Notes under the pieces: model-generated
The model's input: only the letters and a program-made list of their open reading frames with translations
Databases searched by the model: none
What the model was told of the DNA's origin: nothing
Assembly: GCA_963786935.1 (NCBI GenBank)
Contig: CAWBAN010000001.1
Location: 513,158-577,157 of the forward strand
Length of the DNA stretch: 64,000 nucleotides
Direction of reading: 5' to 3'
Source of the DNA: an uncultured bacterium
Lineage (GTDB): Bacteria > Krumholzibacteriota > Krumholzibacteriia > Krumholzibacteriales > Krumholzibacteriaceae
Shown here: one piece after another, positions 30,647 through 38,899 of the stretch
How the letters are laid out: the number at the start of each line of letters is the position of its first letter
How positions within the stretch are numbered: the first letter of the stretch is position 1
Translations under genes and position numbers: made by a program

Positions 30647-31195
30647 ATGATTTCGAGACGGGAAGCGCTCGACCTCGTGAACGCGAATCTCACGAAGAAG
30701 AATCTCGTCAAGCACACGCTCGCCGTCGAAGCGATCATGCGCGCGATGGCCAAGCGATTCGGCGAGAGCGAGGAGCTCTGGGGGCTCGCCGGCCTCCTGC
30801 ACGATCTCGACTACGAGCGAACCGCGGACGATCCCGCGCGCCACGGGCGCCTCACGGTCGAGATGCTCGAGGGCGTCGACGTTCCCGCGGAGGTCAAGGA
30901 CGCGATCCTCGTCCACGCGGGGCACCGCCCGCGCAACTCTTCTCTGGACAAGGCGATATGCTGTGTCGATCCCGTAACTGGCTTAATAGTTGCATCGGCC
31001 CTCATGCATCCCTCGAAGCGCGTCGCCGGGCTGGCCCCGGACTTCGTGGGAAAGCGTTTCAAGGAAAAGCGGTTCGCGGCGGGCGCAAACCGCGAAGCGA
31101 TTGCAAACGTGAGCGAGCTGGGTCTCGAATTGCACGAGTTCTTCTCCGTTTCGATCGAGGCGATGATCGGCATCTCCAGGGAGCTGGAGCTTTAG
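30647..31195 (+). CDS. HD-domain phosphohydrolase
   Basis: The H...HD...D metal motif (HTLAVEAIMRA...GLLHDLDYER...VHAGH) is typical of HD/HDIG hydrolases. Confidence 0.75.
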   Translation: MISRREALDLVNANLTKKNLVKHTLAVEAIMRAMAKRFGESEELWGLAGLLHDLDYERTADDPARHGRLTVEMLEGVDVPAEVKDAILVHAGHRPRNSSLDKAICCVDPVTGLIVASALMHPSKRVAGLAPDFVGKRFKEKRFAAGANREAIANVSELGLELHEFFSVSIEAMIGISRELEL

Positions 31196-31237
31196 AAACG
31201 GGGCCCGGTGGGGGACATCAGCCGGAGGATCAAAGCG

Positions 31238-31807
31238 ATGATCGTCACTTGCGATGGATGCAGCACCAAGTATCTTCTCGACGACGCGAAGGTGCCCGAG
31301 AGGGGAATCCGCGTGAGGTGTCCGAAGTGCCGCTACGTCTGGCGGCTCATGCCGGTCGCGGACAAGTCGATGTTCGAGATCTCCGCGAGCGCGTTCTCCG
31401 ACACGGCGCCGGTCGCGGAGACCCCGAAAGGGGAGTGGGATTCGCTCGAGCGCTCGCTCTCGGCGCTCGCGGGGCGCATGGCGCCGCGCGAGGAAGACGT
31501 CGTCATCGACGAGGAACGCCCGGCCGCGGCGGCTCCGCCGAAGGCCGCGGAGGATCCCGAGGCGCGGCGATTCAAGGAGCGCTCAAAAAGATTGGCGCGC
31601 GTCTTCGTCAGTGATATTCTCGTATACAACAAGGACAAGCGGGACAAGGGGCTCGCCAGCGGCGATCTCATGACGGTCCTCGGTCCCGAGATCAAGAAGG
31701 CGTGGGAGGCCTACAAGGAGAAGATCGGCCCCAGCGTCGTCGAATCGAACGATTATTTCCGCGAGGCGTTGAACGATATTCTGGCCGACGGGCAGAAAGT
31801 ATTCTGA
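31238..31807 (+). CDS. Zinc-ribbon (MJ0042-type CxxC...CxxC) domain protein with uncharacterised C-terminal domain
   Basis: The N-terminus is MIVTCDGCSTKYLLDD...RVRCPKCRYVW. A Pro/Ala-rich linker and a conserved-looking C-terminal domain follow. Confidence 0.55.
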   Translation: MIVTCDGCSTKYLLDDAKVPERGIRVRCPKCRYVWRLMPVADKSMFEISASAFSDTAPVAETPKGEWDSLERSLSALAGRMAPREEDVVIDEERPAAAAPPKAAEDPEARRFKERSKRLARVFVSDILVYNKDKRDKGLASGDLMTVLGPEIKKAWEAYKEKIGPSVVESNDYFREALNDILADGQKVF

Positions 31808-31810
31808 GTC

Positions 31811-32644
31811 GTGAATGGCGATAGAATCGCTCTCGATATCCTGAATCTCAACCCGCCGCTGCGCGACGAATTTTTCGCCGCGGCGAAGCTCCCGGACGAG
31901 GTGTCGATCAGGGAATTCGACACGTTCGCCCGGTTCATAAAGGGCATCAAGGCCGATTCCGACTACCGCTCCAATCTGCTCATCTTTCTTCCGCCCAAGA
32001 AATTCGATCCCAAGAAGGCGCGCCTCGTGCGCATCGCGCGCCTCGAGGCGCCCCTCTACGTCGTCGCGCGGGAGTGCGGCGAGAAGGACTATCTCACGTA
32101 TCTCGCCGTCGGCGTCAACGCGGTGATGCAGCCGCCGTTCGGCAAGGGGGACGTGCAGCAGGCCCTGAACGGCCGTTCGCACGATCAGATTCCCTTCCCG
32201 CGGAGCGCCGACGTCATCAAGGAGGGGCAGGTGCGCCTCGATTTCCTCATCCCGAGCAAGCTCTCGCGCATCCTCGGCGTGAACCGGCTCGTCTCCTTTC
32301 TCGCCGACGAGTTCGGTTTCCCTCCCGAGGACAGCAAGGTCAACCTGCCGCTCGTCATGGACGAGGCACTGAGCAACGCGATCGTGCACGGGAACAGGAA
32401 CCGCGAAGACCGCAAGGTCCACGTGCGCATCTACGTCAGCTCGCACCGCTTTTTCGTGCAGGTGGAGGACGAGGGGGAGGGATTCCAGCCGGACGAGACG
32501 ATCGATCCGAAACGGGGGGAGAACCTCGTGAAGCCGTCCGGCCGCGGAATCTATCTCATGCGGGAGCTCATGGACCGGGTCGCCTTCAAGGAAGGCGGGC
32601 GCCTGGTCGAAATGGAGAAGATCAATCCCTTCTCGCGCGCCTAG
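31811..32644 (+). CDS. Anti-sigma-factor-like serine kinase (RsbW/SpoIIAB-type HATPase_c) fused to a degenerate receiver-like N-domain
   Basis: The C-half LVMDEALSNAIVHGNRNREDRKVHVRIYVSSHRFFVQVEDEGEGF...SGRGIYLMRELMDRVAF is the GHKL N-box/G-box arrangement of partner-switching kinases. The N-domain has a receiver-like layout but no obvious phospho-Asp. Confidence 0.65.
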   Translation: MNGDRIALDILNLNPPLRDEFFAAAKLPDEVSIREFDTFARFIKGIKADSDYRSNLLIFLPPKKFDPKKARLVRIARLEAPLYVVARECGEKDYLTYLAVGVNAVMQPPFGKGDVQQALNGRSHDQIPFPRSADVIKEGQVRLDFLIPSKLSRILGVNRLVSFLADEFGFPPEDSKVNLPLVMDEALSNAIVHGNRNREDRKVHVRIYVSSHRFFVQVEDEGEGFQPDETIDPKRGENLVKPSGRGIYLMRELMDRVAFKEGGRLVEMEKINPFSRA

Positions 32645-33114
32645 CTCTGGGCGTCCCCCCATTTTTCGCGAGCGATCTTGTCGAGGAGCTTGTCGATCTG
32701 GCCGCGGACGCGCTCGTCCTGGTCGGGCTCGAACAGCACCTTCTTGACCCTGCCCTGCTCGTCCTTCTGGACGTAGCGGAGCGCCTTGATGTGCTCGAGG
32801 GGAATGAGGATGTCCTTGCTCACGCGGACGTCGATGGGGGATCCGTCGAGGTTTGCGTCCGGGTGGTTGAACGGGTGCATCCCGACGCCCCATCCGTGCA
32901 CGAGCATGCTGCAGACGATCGCGCGGAAGGTGTTCTGTTTCTGAACGGTGTCGAGCTCGAACGTGCCCTGGAATTTCTCCATCATGCCGTCGACGACCGG
33001 CGTGAGCTTCTTGACCACGTCGTCCTTGGGCTCCGTGTTGAGCAGCCGGTTGAAGATCTCTTTCAGTATTCTTTCGGTGATCTGCATCGTGAACCCCCGA
33101 TCGTGGTTATCCAA
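32641..33114 (-). CDS. Hypothetical protein
   Basis: A 157-codon ORF convergent with the kinase gene, with overlapping stops. The true start may be the ATG at 33087. No family recognised. Confidence 0.4.
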   Translation of the reverse strand: MDNHDRGFTMQITERILKEIFNRLLNTEPKDDVVKKLTPVVDGMMEKFQGTFELDTVQKQNTFRAIVCSMLVHGWGVGMHPFNHPDANLDGSPIDVRVSKDILIPLEHIKALRYVQKDEQGRVKKVLFEPDQDERVRGQIDKLLDKIAREKWGDAQS

Positions 33115-34319
33115 AGAATTCCTGCGGATGCAAGAAAAAGACCAAGGACGAGAAGAAGCGTGCTTTTCCCCGTAAAACCCGCGAGCCAGGTGAAGAGGAA
33201 GGAGGAGACGATGAAGAAGCTTTTCGCGATGATCTCGCGGAACGCGAAGACGCGGCCGCGGACCGATTCGGCGATGTCGCGCTGGAGCTCCGATTCCGCG
33301 ATGACGATAAGGGGGGCGGCCGCCGCGCCGCCGATGAACGCGCCGATCACGATCGCCGCGAGCCCGTGACCGAGGGCGATCGCCAGCGTCGCCGGCGCGA
33401 AGAGGGCGAAGAACGCCGCCTCGAAGCGCTCCTTCGATTTCGTGCCGAGCTCGAGGCGGCTCGAGACGAACGAGCCGAAACCCATCCCGACGCCGAGCGA
33501 GAGGCCCGCCGCGCTGAGGGGGAGTGAGCTCCCCGGCCGGGAGATCGCCTTGATCATCGGCAGCGCGAGCACCGAGAAGCCACCGCCCGCCACGTAGAGC
33601 AGGCTCTGGACGCCGAGCGGCCGCATCACGGCCGGCGTGTTCCGGATCGCCCGGGCGCCTTCGAGGATCGCCTGGCGGAGATCGGGGTGGTACGTCCGCG
33701 CCCGCGGGCCGGGAGCGCGGTTACGCATGCCGTGCAGCGCGATGCCGAGGAGGAGGATCGACGAGACGAGGTAGCTCGCGCCGTCGAGGTAAAAGCACGC
33801 CGACCACGAGAAGAAATCGTAGATGATCCCGCCGCCGAGAAAGCCGCCGATGACGCCGGCGATCCCCGCCGCCCAGAGGATCGAGTTCACCTGGAGGAGC
33901 TGCTCGCGCGAAACGAGCTCCGGGATGAGCGCCGATTTCGCCGGGAGGAAGAAGAGGTTCCCGGTCGCGATGAGGAACACGATCGCCATGACGGGGAAGA
34001 AATCGCCGGTCCGCGTGAAGAGAACGGGAATCGCGCACGCGAGGGCGGCGCGGCAGAGATCGGTGACGACGAGGATCCACCGCTTGTCGAGCCGGTCGAC
34101 GAGCGCGCCGATGAGGGGCGCGAGCAGAAAGAGCGGCAGCGTCATGGCCAGATAGAGCTGCGAGAGCGTCATCGACGGATTGCTGGAGAAGTTGTTGATG
34201 ATCGCCATCAGCGAGAAGTTGTTGAGCCGGTCGCCGAACAGGGAGACGGTCTGGGCGGCCCAGAACATCGTGAAGAAGACGATGGGAAGCTCTTTGCGCG
34301 CCGTTTCGTTCACGGGCAC
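33063..34319 (-). CDS. MFS transporter
   Basis: About 12 TM helices. The MFS-like N-terminus is LFGDRLNNFSLMAII...ALVDRLDKRWILVVTDLCRAA. GTG 34319 overlaps the GT4 stop by 8 nt. Track ORF 33063..35516 is an open-frame extension. Confidence 0.75.
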   Translation of the reverse strand: MPVNETARKELPIVFFTMFWAAQTVSLFGDRLNNFSLMAIINNFSSNPSMTLSQLYLAMTLPLFLLAPLIGALVDRLDKRWILVVTDLCRAALACAIPVLFTRTGDFFPVMAIVFLIATGNLFFLPAKSALIPELVSREQLLQVNSILWAAGIAGVIGGFLGGGIIYDFFSWSACFYLDGASYLVSSILLLGIALHGMRNRAPGPRARTYHPDLRQAILEGARAIRNTPAVMRPLGVQSLLYVAGGGFSVLALPMIKAISRPGSSLPLSAAGLSLGVGMGFGSFVSSRLELGTKSKERFEAAFFALFAPATLAIALGHGLAAIVIGAFIGGAAAAPLIVIAESELQRDIAESVRGRVFAFREIIAKSFFIVSSFLFTWLAGFTGKSTLLLVLGLFLASAGILWITTIGGSRCRSPKEY

Positions 34320-35479
34320 GCCCCCGTGAAGTCGAGTGCGTCCCGATCGCGCGCCGCGCGGCCTCCCGCGCGGGCGCCGAGATACACCGATTCGAGCCGC
34401 CGGGCGACGATCGGCCAGTCGTAGCGGAGCGCCTGCTCGCGGCCGGCAGCCCCGATCGCGCGCCGCCGCCCCTCGTCCCGGGCGAGCGAGACGATCGCGC
34501 GCGCGAGCGCCTCGGGATTCCGCGGTGGGACGAGGATCCCCTCGCGGCCGTCGTTCACGATCGTGCGGTAGCCGGGGATATCGGACGCCGCGATCGCCAC
34601 GCCCGAGGCCATCGCCTCGAGGAGCACGATCCCGAAGCTCTCCTGCCCGGTCGCCGGGGAGCAGAAGACGTCGGCGGTCGAGTAGTAGCGGGGGAGATCC
34701 TCGGGGGAAACCCGTCCGATCCACTCGAGCTTCGCCCCGCGCAGGTCGGCCGGGCGCGGGCAGAGGCCGGCGCGGAGCCCCTTTTCCCCGACGATCAGGA
34801 ATCGCACGTTCCCGGCGAGCTCCCGCGCGACGAGCGGAATCGCCCGGAGGAGGCAGGAGACGCCCTTGCGCGGATCCATTCTCCCGACGAAGAGCACGTT
34901 GAACCGGCCGTCGCGTAATTCGGGGATCGGCGCGATCCCGGGCCGGAAGCGCCCGCAGTCGATGCCGTTCGGAACGAGCTCGTAGTCGCCGGGGAAGTAT
35001 TTGCTCACGAACGTCCGGGCCGCCTCCGATACCGCGATGCGGCGGTCGAGCCGGCGGGCCTTGGGCTCGAGGTAGCGCCGGAGGAGCCAGTAGAAGAAAT
35101 TGCGGTCGGCGGCCGCATGGAACGTGCCGACGACGGTCTGCGAGGGGAGCGCCGCTTCGAGGGCGAAGAGGGGGAGCGTGGGGACGAGCGGGCAGTGCGC
35201 GTGCACGACGTCGAAGCGCTCGCGCTCGAAGATGCGGCGAAGCCCGCCGCGGAGCCCGGCGCCGACCGTCATGTTGACCCATGCGCCGTTCACGGGGACG
35301 AGCACGTTGCGTCCGATCCGGATGACGCCGGCCTCGGGAGGTTCCGTCCCCGTGTAGCGAGTCGTGACGATCGTGACGTCGTGGCCGAGCCGCCGGAGCT
35401 CCCTCGCCGAGTAGTGGGCCACCTCGGTCACGCCGCCGGGCCGCGGATAGTACGATTGCGTCACGATGCCGATCTTCAC
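34310..35479 (-). CDS. GT4 glycosyltransferase (PimA/MshA-like)
   Basis: The N-terminus MKIGIVTQSYYPRPGGVTEVAHYSARELRRLGHDVTIVT matches GT4. The C-terminus has EX7E (FGIVLLEAMASGVAIAASDIPG). Confidence 0.85.
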   Translation of the reverse strand: MKIGIVTQSYYPRPGGVTEVAHYSARELRRLGHDVTIVTTRYTGTEPPEAGVIRIGRNVLVPVNGAWVNMTVGAGLRGGLRRIFERERFDVVHAHCPLVPTLPLFALEAALPSQTVVGTFHAAADRNFFYWLLRRYLEPKARRLDRRIAVSEAARTFVSKYFPGDYELVPNGIDCGRFRPGIAPIPELRDGRFNVLFVGRMDPRKGVSCLLRAIPLVARELAGNVRFLIVGEKGLRAGLCPRPADLRGAKLEWIGRVSPEDLPRYYSTADVFCSPATGQESFGIVLLEAMASGVAIAASDIPGYRTIVNDGREGILVPPRNPEALARAIVSLARDEGRRRAIGAAGREQALRYDWPIVARRLESVYLGARAGGRAARDRDALDFTGACP

Positions 35480-35482
35480 GGA

Positions 35483-36343
35483 TCAATCTCCCCAGATGCG
35501 TCTGAACATGCACCACTGATCGGCGTTGGCTCCGATGAAGCGTTCGACCGCTCCGTACATCCTCGCGAGCGCCTCCCGCTCGGATCCGGCCTCGATCTCC
35601 CCGGCGCTCATGATATGCTCGATGTGCAGCCGGTGCGCCGTGTTTCCCACGCGGCGGCAGTATCCCCCGAGAATGGGCGCTCCCGACGCGCGCGCGAGCC
35701 TCGCGGGGCCGTCGGGCAGGCGGGCGCTCCGGCCGAAGAAGGGCAGGTCGACGCCCCCCGTGTAGATATTGCCGTCGACGAGAAGGATGATGACGCCGTT
35801 CGCGGCGAGCGCCTTGAGCAGCTTCCGGTATGAATCATCCGGGCCGATCACGTCGATGCCGCGCCTTTTCTTCGCTTCCTTGACCGCGCCTGTGAGAAAC
35901 CTGTTCATTTGCACCCCCGCGACCACGTGGAGCCGGTATCCGAGGGCCTGCAGGCAGCGGGCGCCGAGCTCCCAGCTCCCCGTATGCACCGAGACGACGA
36001 TGGCCCCTTTCCCGCCGGCGATCGCCGCATCGAGCGCTGCGCGTCCCTCGAGATCGCACCACCCGAGAATGGTGTCGTCGTCCCAGGCGAGAGAGGCGAA
36101 CATCTCGATGAGGTTCGTTGCATGAAGCCTGAAGACGCCGAAAACCCGCTCGTCCGTCGGCGAAAGCCCCGCAGCCGCCAAGTTCTCCGCGACATTACCC
36201 CGCTTCGAGCGCGAGATCGCGTAATCGAATCCGGCGCAGAGCCCGGCGATGCCGTTCCTCATGGAGGCGGGGACGGCGCTCGCCAGAGATGCAATCAACC
36301 TAAAGGTCAGCTTTCCAATATCTTCCACGATTTTGGCGAGCAT
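35483..36343 (-). CDS. Lysophospholipid/lipid-A-type acyltransferase (HtrB/LpxL/PatA-like, LPLAT superfamily)
   Basis: The HX4D-type region VHTGSWELG and the later DGNIYTGGVDLPFFGRSARLPDGPARLA match the Lip_A_acyltrans pattern. It lies directly upstream of GT4 with a 3-nt gap. Confidence 0.8.
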   Translation of the reverse strand: MLAKIVEDIGKLTFRLIASLASAVPASMRNGIAGLCAGFDYAISRSKRGNVAENLAAAGLSPTDERVFGVFRLHATNLIEMFASLAWDDDTILGWCDLEGRAALDAAIAGGKGAIVVSVHTGSWELGARCLQALGYRLHVVAGVQMNRFLTGAVKEAKKRRGIDVIGPDDSYRKLLKALAANGVIILLVDGNIYTGGVDLPFFGRSARLPDGPARLARASGAPILGGYCRRVGNTAHRLHIEHIMSAGEIEAGSEREALARMYGAVERFIGANADQWCMFRRIWGD

Positions 36344-36417
36344 ACGGTGCGCGAAACAAATCTGTCAAGCTCCATGAATCGGCGGGAACGCTCGTCTCCC
36401 GGCGCCGCCGCGCGCCG

Positions 36418-36433
36418 TGGCACGGTTCTGGCT
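36418..36433 (+). promoter_or_regulatory. Candidate sigma54 (-24/-12) promoter TGGCACGgttcTGGCT
   Basis: GG and GC lie at the canonical 10-bp spacing, but the -12 element is TGGC rather than TTGC. It sits about 35 nt upstream of the 36469 start, with an AAGGGGGA ribosome-binding site in between. Confidence 0.35.
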
Positions 36434-36468
36434 CATTCCGACTCCGGCGTCTCAAAGGGGGATTTGCA

Positions 36469-36879
36469 TTGCAACTTTCGAGTGAAACAACCCTTTTCAT
36501 GCAAAAAGCGATCTATTACGTGACCAAGCCGATCGCCGCCCGCGGGATGCTCGAGCTCACCGATCGATGCCTGTATTTCCAGGTGTTCCCCTTCGACGCT
36601 TCGTTCGGGATCAAGAACGTCTCGATCGATGTCGTCGCTATCAACGACGTGACCATCGAGGTGGGAGACCTGCATCCGAGAATCTGCGTCTTTGCCGACC
36701 GCAAGTACGAGTTCGTGCTTTCGAAAGGGCAGCAGCTGTACGACCGGTTGAAGGAGCTTCGACGCGATCCCCTGCGGCAGGGCTTCGGCGCGGCGAAGCG
36801 GGACGAACGCCCCTGCGCATGCGGGCAGCCGGTCCAGAGCGGCTTTCGATTCTGCCCCTGGTGCGGCGCGAAGCTCTAG
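36469..36879 (+). CDS. Hypothetical protein with bacterial PH/GRAM-like N-domain and C-terminal zinc ribbon
   Basis: TTG start with a good RBS; an internal ATG lies at 36499. A C-terminal CxC...CxxC cluster is present. The N-part resembles small PH-like membrane-proximal domains. Confidence 0.5.
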   Translation: MQLSSETTLFMQKAIYYVTKPIAARGMLELTDRCLYFQVFPFDASFGIKNVSIDVVAINDVTIEVGDLHPRICVFADRKYEFVLSKGQQLYDRLKELRRDPLRQGFGAAKRDERPCACGQPVQSGFRFCPWCGAKL

Positions 36880-36992
36880 AGGACGACCGCGTATTTTTTC
36901 CATTGTGAAGGCGCCTTCCATCTGTTAAATTCCATCAGGAGTTGAACCGATCCTCAAGGCTGGGATTCCGAGAGATATCAGAGGAGGTATCG

Positions 36993-37343
36993 ATGTTCCG
37001 GGTCGGTGTTTGTGCGTTGGCAATGCTTCTGTTATCGATGTTCTTCGGTTGCAGTGACGAAACGACGGATACTGAACCGACCGGAGTGGAGGTAGCCTTT
37101 CCGAGCTGCCTGACGTTCAACGTGGTAGTTTTCATCGACGGCAATTACGTCGGATCGTACTCGAGCGAGCGGTCCTGGTTCATCGACATTGCGGCGGGCA
37201 CGCATCATCTCGAAGCCCATTCCAATCTCTCCGTCGTCGAGGATAACACGGGATTTTGCTGGGATGAGACGTTCAGCGTCGCCGACGGCAGCACGACGCT
37301 GCTCAGTCTCCCCTGCGATACCGCCGCCTGCCCCGCGGAGTAG
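36993..37343 (+). CDS. Small lipoprotein, hypothetical
   Basis: AGGAGG RBS, a signal peptide and a lipobox-like MFFGC are present. GC content is about 57%, below the surrounding level. Confidence 0.5.
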   Translation: MFRVGVCALAMLLLSMFFGCSDETTDTEPTGVEVAFPSCLTFNVVVFIDGNYVGSYSSERSWFIDIAAGTHHLEAHSNLSVVEDNTGFCWDETFSVADGSTTLLSLPCDTAACPAE

Positions 37344-37401
37344 AGATGCCGCGCCGCCGGGAATGAGGCGGATTCGACAGCGGCTGCGTTGCACTTTTCA
37401 C

Positions 37402-37436
37402 GGGCCCTCTCTCAATACCGGAGAGGGCCTTTTCCA
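37402..37436 (+). terminator. Rho-independent terminator
   Basis: A 9-bp GC-rich stem GGCCCTCTC/GAGAGGGCC with a 9-nt loop is followed by TTTTCC. Confidence 0.6.
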
Positions 37437-37473
37437 TGAGTGTCTCCCGGAACGCCGCGATATCTCCCAACCA

Positions 37474-37499
37474 CCCTATTCTTAATAAGTTAAAAAATG
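37474..37499 (+). promoter_or_regulatory. AT-rich motif CCCTATTCTTAATAAGTTAAAAAATG (copy 2 of the element at 8154)
   Basis: It matches the mraZ-upstream motif closely (CCCTATT..TTAATAAGTTAwAAAwTG). It lies just upstream of the sigma54-like site. Confidence 0.4.
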
Positions 37500-37516
37500 T
37501 AATCGAATGTTGACGG

Positions 37517-37532
37517 TGGCATGGTCCTTGCG
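37517..37532 (+). promoter_or_regulatory. Candidate sigma54 promoter TGGCATGgtccTTGCG
   Basis: It matches TGGCACG-N4-TTGCW at 14 of 16 positions with exact GG/GC spacing. It sits about 155 nt upstream of the mglA-like start. Confidence 0.5.
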
Positions 37533-37688
37533 CTCGTTCCGAAGTGCCGGGGTGGGCGCTTCGCAGCGTCACGGCAGGGTCAGCACCCCCAGATCGAGCA
37601 TCGAGGAATCTGCTCCAGAACACGGCTTCCGTGCGCGCGCATCGGGTGAGCAGCATTCCCACCCCGGCGCAGATTGAAAGGGAGTGAT

Positions 37689-38789
37689 ATGGCAGTCTTC
37701 AATTACGCCGGCGGAGAGATAAACGCGAAGATCGTCTATTACGGCCCCGGTCTCAGCGGCAAGACGACGAATCTCGAATTCATCTATTCGAAGCTTCCCC
37801 GCGAGAACAAGGGCAAAATGGTCTCGATGAAGACGCGGACCGACCGCACCCTCTTCTTCGATTTCCTGCCGATCGATATCGGCGAGATCAACGGGATGAA
37901 GGTGCGCTTCCTTCTGTACACGGTGCCCGGCCAGGTGTATTACAACGCCACGCGCAAGCTCGTGCTCAAGGGAGTGGACGCAGTCGTGTTCGTCGCGGAT
38001 TCGGCCCCCGACCGCATGCAGGAAAACAAGGAAGCCATCCAGAATCTCGAAGACAACCTGAACGATCTCGGCTTGACCCTGAAGACGATTCCGTGGGTGA
38101 TCCAGTACAACAAGCGCGATCTGCCCAACCGGATCGAGCGCGAGATGATGGACCAGGAGCTCAATACCGACGCCGTGCCGAGCTTCGAAGCGGTCGCGAG
38201 CAAGGGGGGCGGCGTGTATGAGACGTTCGCCGGAATCGCGAAGCTCGTTTTCAAGAACATGCAGGAAGAGCTGAAGGATCCCGAGCGGAAGCGCGAGGCG
38301 CGCGAGCCGCGCAGCCGGGAGCGCCTCAACATCGAGGTCGTCGCGAAAGGCTCCGTGAAGACCGAAGCGGCGACGGGCGGGGACGACTACCGGAATTGCG
38401 CGGGGAAGAAGGAAGAGGAACCCGCTTCCGTTTCCGAGTTCGTCGACAGCGTGCTGAAGGACCGCGTCGATCCGCAGAGCATCGATCTCGGCGCGACGCG
38501 TGAGGGATACGAGGAATACGGCCATCTCGTCGATCTGAACGGCGCCGACGCGAAGGAGCCGGGGGCTTCCCCGCAGGCGACGAAGCCGGGGGAGATTCTC
38601 TCCGATTCCGTCGAGAAGCTCAAGGCGAAGGTCGCGCTGCAGGAGGCCGAGGAGCCTCCGAAGACGGAGCCCCGGCCGCGCCTCGACGTGGTCGAGGAGA
38701 AGCTGATCCGGGTTCCCGTGCGTCTCTCGAAAGAGGAGATGGCGAAAGAGATCCGTCTGAACATCATCATCGATATCGCCGTCGATTGA
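37689..38789 (+). CDS. mglA: MglA-family Ras-like GTPase with ~175-aa charged, low-complexity C-terminal extension
   Basis: The G-domain (about aa 1-190) aligns closely with Myxococcus MglA: EINAKIVYYGPGLSGKTTNL (P-loop), TRTDRTLFFDFLP (switch I), LYTVPGQVYY (switch II) and IQYNKRDLP (NKxD). The Glu/Lys/Pro-rich tail (38270..38789) is in the same frame. Confidence 0.85.
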   Translation: MAVFNYAGGEINAKIVYYGPGLSGKTTNLEFIYSKLPRENKGKMVSMKTRTDRTLFFDFLPIDIGEINGMKVRFLLYTVPGQVYYNATRKLVLKGVDAVVFVADSAPDRMQENKEAIQNLEDNLNDLGLTLKTIPWVIQYNKRDLPNRIEREMMDQELNTDAVPSFEAVASKGGGVYETFAGIAKLVFKNMQEELKDPERKREAREPRSRERLNIEVVAKGSVKTEAATGGDDYRNCAGKKEEEPASVSEFVDSVLKDRVDPQSIDLGATREGYEEYGHLVDLNGADAKEPGASPQATKPGEILSDSVEKLKAKVALQEAEEPPKTEPRPRLDVVEEKLIRVPVRLSKEEMAKEIRLNIIIDIAVD

Positions 38790-38899
38790 ACGCGCGAAAA
38801 GACTTGACCCGATACGAGACGGGGTGTGAAAATCGGAACCGGAGCGCTCGACAGGCTCCGGTTTTTCGATTATATTTGCGTTATAGAGGGGGAGCCGCC

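Noticed and set aside
10323-31874. Long antisense or alternative-frame ORFs across the dcw cluster and housekeeping genes (e.g. 10323..11504-, 12116..14131-, 14079..15476-, 15278..16534-, 17634..19310-, 21655..23700-, 23697..26075-, 28474..30753-, and plus-strand alternative frames such as 10813..11946, 14147..15535, 20540..21181, 29010..30650)
   Set aside because: They overlap strongly supported genes. Their translations are biased and repetitive, an artefact of high GC that suppresses stop codons.
36925-36936. Palindrome GAAGGCGCCTTC after the 36469..36879 gene considered as a terminator
   Set aside because: The T-run precedes the hairpin rather than following it, so it is not a canonical intrinsic terminator. 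It could still be a protein-binding palindrome.
37481-37513. IHF-site match within the AT-rich block upstream of the sigma54-like promoter
   Set aside because: The best alignment to WATCAANNNNTTR has two mismatches in core positions. It was mentioned only as a possibility.
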